A stretch of 64,000 nucleotides of DNA. Origin: Thalia democratica (lineage: Eukaryota). Position numbers and translations under genes: made by a program. The stretch is taken from assembly GCA_965202585.1 (NCBI GenBank), contig OZ241832.1:30256001-30320000 (forward strand), read 5' to 3'. Every line of letters begins with the position of its first letter. Within the stretch, counting starts at the first letter, position 1. Below are positions 28,309-39,180 of this stretch, one piece after another. A model generated the notes under the pieces. It was given only the letters and a program-made list of their open reading frames with translations. It made no database searches and was not told the DNA's origin.

Positions 28309-28659
28309 AACATCTCAGTTAGAAAATTTGTTAAATGATCAGATGTTAAGGAAAGCTCTAGAAAACAGTTTAAATTACACATGTTCAGTCAGTGTGTTAA
28401 GATAAAAAGTATATTGAAATTTTCATTTTATTGAAAAACCAGCAGACAAGGCAATATTTTACAAGAAAGTTTTAAACGATGAAGAAGAATTTATAGTTCT
28501 TAGTTAATAGTTTTCAAGGAGTTCTGAATAAAAAATATTCTTAACGCCAACGATCAAAAATAAAACAGTTCTTGAAAGGTAAAAGCAGAGTTGTAAAATT
28601 GTTTGGATTGGAGAGAAGCATGAAAATTCTTAAGTAATAATTGGTAGGATTTTTTTATA

Positions 28660-28920
28660 ATGCATACAAACTTCAACAGGTTTGTCAGAACGCATTTCAA
28701 GAACATTTTCGACTTGAAGTTTTTAGTGACTCGTCACTCACATTTCGAAGGGGTGAAACACCGTGGGCTGATGACTATCATGAAGAATGTCGGTTTGGAA
28801 GTAAAGAAAGGCCATCACGGTGGAAGAGACGCTGAAATGGCGATGGATCTTTTTTTCTACTGTGCTAAGAATGTTCTAGACTATCGCAACTACGAGAACC
28901 AGCTTTGGAGTTTGTGCTAA
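28660..28920 (+). pseudogene. CAF1-family nuclease fragment, copy 3
   Basis: One amino-acid difference (P to L) from copies 1 and 2. Confidence 0.6.
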
Positions 28921-30593
28921 GATACGAAGAAATAACTCTCGAAAATTATTAGGACATTTATAGGAATTTTTGTTGTTCGTCTAATAAACTTTATTAGTAA
29001 ATAGAAAAACTTTAAACAGTCATTCTTAAAAGTGTCAAGTAAACTTAAATAATATTTCAGTTTAGATAAATGTACAGATTCGGTATCTGATAAGAACTTA
29101 AACAGATTAATTTTATAGAATTAATTTTAACTTATAAGTTTGGTCATAGCATAAAAGAAAGAAAAATGTTAAACATAATTCTTTTGAAGAAATTGGTTAG
29201 TCAATTTCGACAGAAATTATGAATCAATAAATGGTGTTCCTTTATTATGTCAAGATTGACAAACAACTTGACACTTTTGTATTTTTTACCCGGAGAACAA
29301 AATTAACCAGGATATACTAATTTTAATTGTACTATTCATCATTTTTGTTTATCTAAATTTTGTCCGATTTTTCAAGTATTTCTATTTCTTTATTTTAATC
29401 GTTGGGTATGATAATTTTAATTGCACTGTTCGTTATTTTCGTTAAATAGACAAACGTAATATGATTGTTTTAAATTAAATAACTCAACACTGAATACTAA
29501 AATAAAATACTCAGTAAATGCAGAAAGATCAAACAATTCAATTACAAAACAACCCGACAACGTTAGTAACATCAACAGTAAATTGACATTAGTAACAGAA
29601 AAATTGAATGATGTAAGTGAAGGAAAACTTAAAAAGAAAAAAGCTTTAAATGTCATAATTTTTTATGTTCCTGAAAATTGTAACAGTCCATCAGTTTACA
29701 CAATTCAATTGCTAAAAAACACCTCAACTTAATTTAAGATAGCTTAGGTTCTAACAAGTTGACTGAGACTGAACTAAATACTTTATTCCGTTTGAGTTAA
29801 TATATCAGCAATAAAACAAGACAAGTTATTCTGAAACTAAGAAGTCAATCTATTAGAAAAAGACTACTGAGTTTAAGAAACCTTAAAACATTCCACCATG
29901 GAAGAGGAATTAACATATACATTAATGTTGACCGTACAAATCAAGAAATGGATAATTTTAGAAGATTAAGAGCTTAACTGAAGGAAAAAACAAGCTGAAG
30001 TTTGAACATTAGCTACATGATTAAGCAATTAAGAATAGTTGAAAACTTTGGACAGCACTTTTGTTTCAACACCCATGATCTGTGAGTCTACTAAGTCAAA
30101 TTTCTTTAGTTTTAACAAAGAGCTTAAAATATAACAAAGACAAAAAGTTTCATTACAATTATACCAAAAATATATACAGTTTTTTTTTAGTGGTTGTACT
30201 AAAGCCTCAAGCACAGTTATTTGTAATAATTTTAACTCTAGTAAAAGTATTGTAACCTTTTGTATAAAAATTTATAAAATAATTTTGTATAAAAAAATTG
30301 TATAAAAATAGGCAAACACATCATTTCGTATATCAACTAAGTTACTTACTACTGTTTATAGAAAACCAACTTTTGCCCGCCAATATATTCCTTTTCAGTC
30401 GCCTTTATCACAAAAAAATGGCTTTATTTCCTGTTTAATAATCAGAGCACACAAGATTTGTTCAAAGAAGTTGTTTAAGGAAGAATTAAATAAAAATTTT
30501 AAAGGAGTTTTACAGCTCTTAGTTATCCGTCACATATCATCAGTATAACAATTTACAATACGATCTCCTAATTGGAAAAACCTATTATACAAA

Positions 30594-31030
30594 AAACCGA
30601 AGCATGCCAGAACACTCCGAGCGACGCAACCTCTGGGCCACGGAGGCCGGGGGAACCTGCGGAACCATACTGGTGATAGCTACGAGGATGGGCTTGGAGA
30701 GGACGGTTCTTGAAGCTCTGTCAGTTGAGGTCTTGGCATGGACCGCCAAGAAAGTTTTGTATTGGAACCGCAACCCACGAACCCACAGGATCCTGGCCGC
30801 CAACGGGGAGGTGGACGCGGACGCCAAACCGTCAACGTTTTCTGGTCCGGTGTGGAGATGGGCGGCCAACTTCTCTCACGGCCGACTTGGTCTTGTCTGA
30901 AGACCTTATTGAGAGGGGAGTCTTGGGGGCGCTCGGCAAAAGTCACCTCGGGGCAACCGGAGCATAAGACAATTGGTCGGAAGAACCATAAACAGCATGA
31001 GGGGCAACAGTACGAAAAACGGCTTAAACC
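30594..31030 (+). mobile_element. 3' end of an R2-like element (RLE C-terminus plus probable structured 3' UTR)
   Basis: GLERTVLEALSVEVLAWTAKKVLYWNRNPRTHRILA is homologous to 19990-20124. A GC-rich tail follows, with hairpins such as ggtctt-gtctg-aagacc. Confidence 0.7.
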
Positions 31031-31584
31031 AAATCATATATTTTAAAAGGAAGTTTAATAATTGTCAAAATCTGGAAAGATGGTTGAAAAAACAAAGAAT
31101 GTTGTTAATTGATGCTTTAGTTGAAAATAATCCCTTTCAATAACACCAGAATGACTTATACAAAAAAAAACAGCAATATCAAATGGAAAATATTTTGGTC
31201 AACGCTATAATGATATTAATGTTAGAAAACTTATGGTTTACCAAATTTCATCAAATTTAACCGTTTATAAATAAGTTGAGTTAGTAAAACATTGCCAATA
31301 AAAAAAAGAAGGAAGTTCTTCAGTAAATTATTAAGAAACTTATGGTAAAATTCAGTGTACTGCTTGAATACCAATTATTTTTGGGTTGTTGGAAGAAGTT
31401 TCAACTAATCAAAGGACATGTCAAACTACAATATATAAAATTATTAATTGATTAATATATAGGTTGCAGAACAAGTTGTTCAGAATTTCCCCAATTCACC
31501 AGATGAGACCACACTAAAAATTGTATAGTTGACAGTAATTATCTGCGGAAGAGGTATAGAAGCCGGAAATTATGTACAACAATT

Positions 31585-34500
31585 TTTAATTAAAAATGAA
31601 GCATTATTGTCAATGACAATTAATTCAGAGTTAAAATAGTTGAGACAAAATGGTTGGTAAAAATACACAAGAATCACCTTCATTTGAAAAACTATTTATT
31701 TCTGCAGCTTTTTGATTTTAAACAAGGTGAAGATTTAAAAAACAAAATAGAGTTTTTACATCCTGGTTTGTTAAGATGCAGTAGAGGGTTGGCACGGATT
31801 GTTTAAATAATAAGGAACAAAAAACTTAAAACAAACAGATGGAAAAATTAAATCATAATAGAATTACTAAAGCAAAGTACAAAACATTTAATTAAATGTT
31901 TCAAAAATTGTTTGGAAAAAGCTTTATAAAAAATACAATAATAATGACACAACAGATAAAATATTAACATTTCTTCAATAATTAGTCAGCTTGGTTACAT
32001 ATTCTCATTATAAATTACTAGAATCTAATCATAGAACATAGATAAAGAACTAGACACAAGTAAAGAAAAAAAAATTCAAGAAACCCTTATAAAAAATTTT
32101 TATGGTAAAACATATTTTTCTAATACAACCATTTTATTAAACATAACTTAAATAAGCACATTTAAAACAGGACTCTAAAATGAAACTCTACAAGCAACCT
32201 CAAAACAAAAGTTAAGCGTTGAGAATTAGTTTCGACTTTATAGGAACAATATTTTATAGAAACAGAAATAAAGGTTTTTAAGTAAGTTGCTGGACATTCC
32301 AGAGTTTCTAGTGGAAATAGAAAAGTCAATAAGATTGAGGTTAAAATTTTTAATTACAACTAAAAGTAAATATACTTTGTAAACGCTATTTGGTAGATGT
32401 ATAAACCATGTGAAAGATAATCCAACGTTGAAGGTAAATTTATAAAAGATGTAGATACCTTTTATTTTAAGAAAGATGAGCGTAACGTAAAAAACAAGTG
32501 GTAAAATATCATACAAAAATGCAAAATGTTTTGACATAATTGACTTAGAAAAGGTACTTATTTTGTTTAAACATAATAGGTAAAAAATTATATTATAAGC
32601 GTTATTATACTTATCTTTGAGGGTAACAAAATCAGCATCAAAAACGAAAAAAAATAAAAAACATAGCTGACTTAAAATTTAAGAAAGTTGTTGTTATTAC
32701 TAATAGTTTCAATTTAAAATCTTTTTTAATAACTTTCAGAATCTTATTATCAGAATATTTTGGACTGCTTTCCGTTTGTAAAAGTTTTCAAGTTATGGCC
32801 CGTTATGCTTCCTTGTAACCTTGTTAGAAGTTACAATAACTCCTGTAGTTTTACGCATTTCTTAACAAGTCTTAGTTTGTGAAGTAAAAATAAACCACAT
32901 ATATTTGTGAACAAACACTTTCGACCATGAACATAAACAAAAGTAAGCTACGTTCATATCTTACTGTTAGCAATCTGCAGTCATTACTGAGAATATATAC
33001 TTCAAATTACTTTCAGATTTTTAACAGCTTGTTTAAGACTTTTATAACCCACATATGTTTCGTTCTTAAAGCTACTTTTTCAATTTTGTAAAAGAATGGA
33101 TTGTCGATCACAGATCAGAAGAAGTTAACTGAATTGTCAGAACTAAGAAGAAAAACAAATTACTGCGGTTCCAAATAGAATAGTTATTGGTAATGTGAAA
33201 CCGAGACTTTAAGAAGGTCGTGGCTGCAGTTGACATGTTTGCAGCAAAATATGATGATCACTGCAGATTCGCAACAGTTGTGTCCCGAGATAAAAACAAG
33301 TCTGGGTGAGCTTAGTGATCATAGAAGAGCAACTCAACTTTCAGTACAAAAGCTTCAAACATGGATCAAACAATAAAAAAAAGTTTGAAAAGCGTCAGCT
33401 TGATGGCTTTAAAGCTTATCTCTATGCAAAATACAGAGACCAATAAAATATGGTAAAAGAAGAAGTTGAAAGGCATCAGCTTGAAATCTATAAACAATAC
33501 ATGAAGCAAAATACAGAGACCCTGAATTGGACCCACCGACTCAAACACTGCGACAGACAATTTTAGTTGCATCTCCTAACAGATTGATATATAAGAAAAT
33601 TTCAGTGATATTTAACGATAATAATTTAGCCGGAATAACTTATCATTTTAAGTGATGTAGTAGTATTTGTTACTAATTAGTACTTTTAATTATTTAATAA
33701 TACTTAAAACTGGTGACAAATACACTTGAAGAACTTGAAATATTTTTCTTATTTTTTCTTTAATTTTTCATAAGTTGAATAAGATCTTTTTTAATAACTG
33801 AACTGTTTTTAAAAGTTGAAATAATACTTTATTCTACTTAAATAAGCCTATTTCATATTTTTGTTTTCTTTGACTGTTCTATACATATAAATTTTTTTGT
33901 GAAATACACGAGATTGCTTTAAGATGTGATTGATTTCATTTTTTCTCATTTGAACATGAAGCTTATTTTTTGAGCGGATTATTTCAGTTAAGTATAGACT
34001 CGAGTGTATTAAAACCAAAACTGTTTTACACCACAAGAGCTTATAAGCTTTTCCAACACGAAAAAAAAAACTGTCTCTAATGCAATTCAATGTGTATAAA
34101 TTTAACACACTATGTAGAGCAATGTTACAATGCAATTTAACAAGCAATATTTCAAGTGAAACAATACTTTTTTTCATGTTTTAATTTGTAAAAGAATTCC
34201 CGTTGAAAGAAGAAATTGATGCCACAAAAACTGTATTTGCTAAAAATATACAAATAAACTTTTTTTTTTCTTAAATTCGTATGTTATTAATTTGTCAGCT
34301 TGTTTTTCAGGGTTGCCAAATGTTTTTAGCAAATTTGCTCTGGGTTTTCAAAAGTACACATTTTTGGGTCTGTTTTTAGCTTAAAGCTAAGTTTAAGATG
34401 TAAAACTGATTTAAATAATATCAAAAACATTGAAAAGAAACTGTAAAACTAGTTTAAATGTGTTTTTTAATAAAAAAATGTTTGATGATGACAAAATAAT

Positions 34501-35011
34501 TTTATCTATATGTTAGATTTTTTGAGTAATTTACCATAAATAACATCACCAATAGACAATACATCATTGGAAGGGAAGTAACAGGATAATAATATATAAG
34601 ATCAGTATTTTGAGGGAAAGCAATCTGTTGTCTATTGGTGTGCTTCAGTCATTCAAACAAAACACTGTAGTCCGTGTCGAAAAAAAATTAATGGAAAGGT
34701 TTATTTGCTTTTGTTTTTTTTTTACATTGCAATGATACCTTTGTCAAACTACAAGTCTTCACTTTTAAACTGAGTTTAATTTTAGTGAATAAGATTACAA
34801 AACATGGGAAGTAGATTTTGATAATGATAGTTTAGTTTCTTTATTAGAAACTTATGAATTAAGAGACCAAGATTTTTTTTTATGTCTTCATAATTTGAGT
34901 GTGAAAACTCAAGTTGTTTGAAAACAGCAGAAGACAACATCTAACTTTATTTTAAGAAAACATTCCAAAGAAAAAACTAATTTGAAGAAGACCTATCACA
35001 ATTTAGTCATT
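31585..35011. repeat. Older, more diverged paralog of ~13778-17239
   Basis: Collinear homology throughout, with clearly more substitutions than the 8044-bp duplicate. Confidence 0.9.
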
Positions 35012-35509
35012 GCAATAATATCTCATTGCAATAGAAGAAAATTCAATTTACATTAACTGATACAAGTGAAGGTACAAAACTTCATTTTAAAATGCTTTGT
35101 TTTGGTTATCCAGTAATGTCACAACAGATAAAAAAATTTAAATTTTGGGTTGTTTGATAATTTCAAACTATCCAATGGAAAATTCAAACTACAATATTAA
35201 AAGCCTAATATATACTCTGCAGAAAACAACCTTTCAGAATTGCCCGAATTCACTAGATGAGATCTAATAAAAGAACACATAGGAAGTACAAATTCGTACA
35301 GAAATAAATGAACTATTAAATTAACTTATCTGTTTAATTACTATTAACAATATTATTCTTATTAATTTTTAAATAAAAAAGGACTTACTTAGACATCAAT
35401 AGAATTTATAACTTTTCTCAAAGGCTTTGAATAATAGGAAGCCGGACATTGAAAGCTTTTTACAACATTAATAAGTTATACAATATCTATGAAAGATACA
35501 TAAAACAAA

Positions 35510-35830
35510 AGTACAGAGATCCTTAAGTGGCCCGACCAACCTAAACTTTGCAAATTCAAAAAGAGATGGTATGCACACATTAGTGATATCAAGAATGAAA
35601 ATAACAAGGGAACAGAACTTTCCAAGTACATTTGGAGATTAAAATACAATAACACTTGCTACAATTCAAGTCGGAGCATCATGCATAAGATTATGGAAAT
35701 AAAAAATATAGGTAAATATGCAAGACTTGCAACCTGGAAAAAAATGAAAAATCACTTGCTAACAAGAAACGAGTTTTAAATAAAAGACAAGAACTCTTCT
35801 ACACCTGCCCGCACTTTAGGAAATTTTATT
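35510..35830 (+). mobile_element. GIY-YIG endonuclease C-terminal fragment of a Penelope-like element
   Basis: FKKRWYAHISDIKNENNKGTELSKYIWRLK...CKTCNLEK...LNKRQELFYTCPHFR. Confidence 0.8.
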
Positions 35831-37629
35831 TTAAACCTAGCGTTAACCTTATCATTTATTTTTGTTTTTGCTTGTTCCCTTATTTGTTAAAAGTCATTTT
35901 GTTTTGTGTTGTTATAAGCTAAATCTGTATCTGTATATAATTTTCAAAAAATGCAAAAATTATTTTTTTAGCCAATTTCGCATTTTACAAACATATATAG
36001 TAAAAATTAAAGATGGCATCACAAATCATAAAAAAATATCCTTATTTTTCTGCACAAAATAAAGCTTGAAACATCATATTCTTTATTTTGTTTGCCATGC
36101 TCTTTGGGAAGAAAGTAGCTTGGACTAAAACTGGCTTTAAGAACATTTCTTACATATCTGCAAGATGCAAAAGCTGTGAAAATTCACTGAGCCATAAAAA
36201 CAGTATGGTCTCGTCTAATTTATTAAGAGAAATACTATTAATAACTTATTAAGTCAATTTAATTTAAGATGAAGTAGAAATTTATTTATCCACTTGAAAG
36301 AGATATGGATCATTGATATGGATCATAACTTTCATATATCTTAATAAATTTTTTTGTAATAAAATGTTAAAGTAATTATATTTCTAGTTTTCTTTTTCTT
36401 TTAATGACAAACTACTGTTCAAATTTAATTTTAATATTCCTATAATTCTGAACGTTTTATTAATATTTGTTTAATATAAATCATAAATATTTTTACAAAT
36501 TTTGTGCAAGCAATAAAGGAACTAGAAAATAAAACACTGAATAACCTTGATATTATGGCTCAATATGAAGTTGTAAACAATGTTAGTTGATTTTTTTTTC
36601 TTTTCTAAAATATCTTACTCAATTTTTAAATAAATAAGGACTTATTTAAATATGAATAAAATTTATAACTTTTTTGAAAGGCCCTAAATAGCAGGACCCC
36701 AGACATTGAAAGCTTTTTACAATATCAAAAAGTTAAACATTCTTTTAAATGAACAACAGTGATACGATTATACTACAATACATATGTTGGCCTGGAATTT
36801 TTCAAACAAGTATTGGTTAGTTTTTATAGTTATTGTAAAACAAATTATATTATTATGTTAACATTATAAATTTACACAAACTCAGTTTTTTAAAAAATTT
36901 CAATATGTTTTATTATTTTTATAGTATTCACATACATAAATAAAATTTTAAATTAATATTTAAACCATTAAAATTTTAGTTTAGTGTTCTCATAGAACAC
37001 AATTAACTTTCAGAGTTTATGATAAAAATGCAAACCATCACCTTAAGTAATGCTGAAATAGAGCGAAATTTTTTGCTAGTGAACAACACAAAAATAACAG
37101 GCAATATAATATGAGCAATGATTTGTTTAACTCCTTAATGATTACTAGATATGAAAAATCATATAAGTTTTTGACTCTATGTTTTATTATATTTCTAGCT
37201 GTTTATTTCAAAGCAATGAAACTTTAACGTTTAGTTTTAAATTTCACTTTAATAAACATATTTTTAATGGAGACTTTTAGTGCTATTAGTAAAATATTTA
37301 TTAATATAATGTGTTTAAATTATGAATTTGTAAAACAATGATTTGTTTAGATATATTTGGTTTTTTATCATTTGAGTAAAAAGAAAGAAACATAGAAAGT
37401 ATTTAAATATTTTATTGCTTAGTTTATTGGTGTATGTTCAGAAAAGTTTGAAAGATTATTTCATTAATTAAATTTATTAGAAGTTTTTTATTGTTAAGCA
37501 TATCAGAAAGGGGAAAACAATCATGATCAACTCCTGATCTGATTTGCATTGATAACTTAGTAGATGCAAATGGGGTTCCAAGTACTACTGTCATTACAAT
37601 ATTAACCTAATAATTATTTATCCTTTTAA

Positions 37630-37710
37630 TCATTGGGTACATACCCACACGGTAGAAGGATTCTGGCAAGACCTTAAGGACCATATAATGGGTGGTGGAA
37701 ATGTAGAGTG
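37630..37710 (+). mobile_element. Merlin/ISXO2-like transposase remnant
   Basis: WVHTHTVEGFWQDLKDHI matches the ISXO2 motif vHTntiEgfW..lK. Confidence 0.65.
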
Positions 37711-37829
37711 TTTTTAAAAACTTATTTTCAAATGCATTTGATCAATAACTTATACCATTTGTTATTTTAAAGCGTACATTCATTCCCGTACAAAAAAGAT
37801 TTTTTATAGTTTATCAAAAATATGAAAGA

Positions 37830-38070
37830 TAAAATTGTCTTAGCAAAGCCTGATAAGGGTTTAAGCATAGTGGTGCTTGACAAACAGAGTACTCGAGAAA
37901 AATGTTCGAAATGTTTGATGATAAATCAAAATTTGTTAAAATGAAACCTGTGAGTGATTTTGACATTTTGAATAAAATTGAGAAGGAGATAATTTATATA
38001 ATGACAGACTGGGAATCCAAGAAAGAAATTAGTCAAGTAATGTTTATTGAGGTTAAATCTGCAAGACCAA
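37830..38070 (+). mobile_element. Penelope-like pre-RT fragment
   Basis: IVLAKPDKGLSIVVLDKQ...MFDDKSKFVK (cf. ii..aDKG...Vvldk..Y..km..ll.d...f). Confidence 0.7.
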
Positions 38071-38289
38071 GATCTTAACCTTCATTAACTTTCAAGCTTA
38101 AAAATGTACTAATAAAAGCAATAAAAAGTAATCCCACAACTAGCACCTCAGTAAATTTAAATCTCAAGGTGCTTTATTATTATTTTATGTTTTCATTTAG
38201 TTTGTTATTAAAATTTTTGTTTTTTATATTCTATCAAATTGAAATAGAAGGATTTTAACAGCTGTTTGCAAAAATCATGGCGCTGATGT

Positions 38290-38470
38290 ATTAAAACTAT
38301 ACATTTTTAAGTTCTCATCTGTAAAGCAAATACTAGGAAGTTTAAGTCTGAAAGTAGACACTGAATCAGAAGTGTAGATGGCAGCAATCAAATGGTTGAA
38401 TTCTAGCAATAGGAGAGAACTTGCGGATTTAAAAAACTTAGAATATTGTAGCAGGATATCAAACTGTATT
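38290..38470 (+). pseudogene. BACK-domain fragment, diverged paralog of 20125-20330
   Basis: QILGSLSLKVDTESEV*MAAIKWLNSSNRRE. Confidence 0.7.
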
Positions 38471-38929
38471 TGGTAACTGTTTAAATTCATTTTAGGAGTT
38501 GAATTTCTTGTTCATCCAAGCGTTAAGAGAAAGCTCCCAAGGCTAAGTCTTATACTGATGCAAGCTAACATTACTATGGTACAGCCATATATTTTAACTC
38601 TCAACAGAAGAATTCTAGCCACAGCCTGCTGCAGTTTATATTTTATGCCAGAATAGACATGTATATTGTTTTTTTTGATATACTGAGTATTTTTCTAGTG
38701 TAATGTTACTTTTTCAAGGTCTTTTTTATTACAGTCAGAGTTATAAATTTTTATTTTAGTTTTATTCATTATTCAAGTATTTTTGTGTTTAAAAGTTTAA
38801 AATCAATGTGTTCTTGTGTTTTAAAGTTTTGACCACATTGCAAGTATTTTTAATGTATAATGTTTTTTATACAATTGTTATATAATTTGTTACGCATTAG
38901 GTTTCAACAAAAATTTTTAGAACAAAGAA

Positions 38930-39180
38930 CGAACGTTGAATAAGACTGCTTAATTAACAAATATTATATTCCTGGGTTCTTTGATAACATAACTGACTAC
39001 TTAATGGGCATTGGTCTGTTGTGGAAAAATATTTCAACTTATAACAAAGATAAAAATAGTTCAACAAATGCAGTCTCTGAATCCAGGTTCAAAGTTGAAA
39101 ACATATTATTTTTCCTGATCAAAAGAAACTACAAAAAACCTTATTTATTACTGTTATGTCTCAACACTTAACAGAAAAAT
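38930..39180 (+). mobile_element. Possible MULE/NOF-Foldback-type transposase remnant
   Basis: YYIPGFFDNITDYLMGIGLLW...STNAVSESRFK resembles the YY.P......l..PLW....s.a.vEs.F motif. Tentative. Confidence 0.4.

Noticed and set aside
30890-30930. Hammerhead-like CTGAAGA in the R2 3' region; also CTGATGA at ~304, ~7068 and ~60408
   Set aside because: None is followed by stem II plus GAAA and a stem III/UH site.
3334-31030. R2 pieces as exons of a domesticated spliced gene
   Set aside because: They lack consistent acceptor/donor pairs, contain internal frameshifts and stops, and two pieces overlap in homology.
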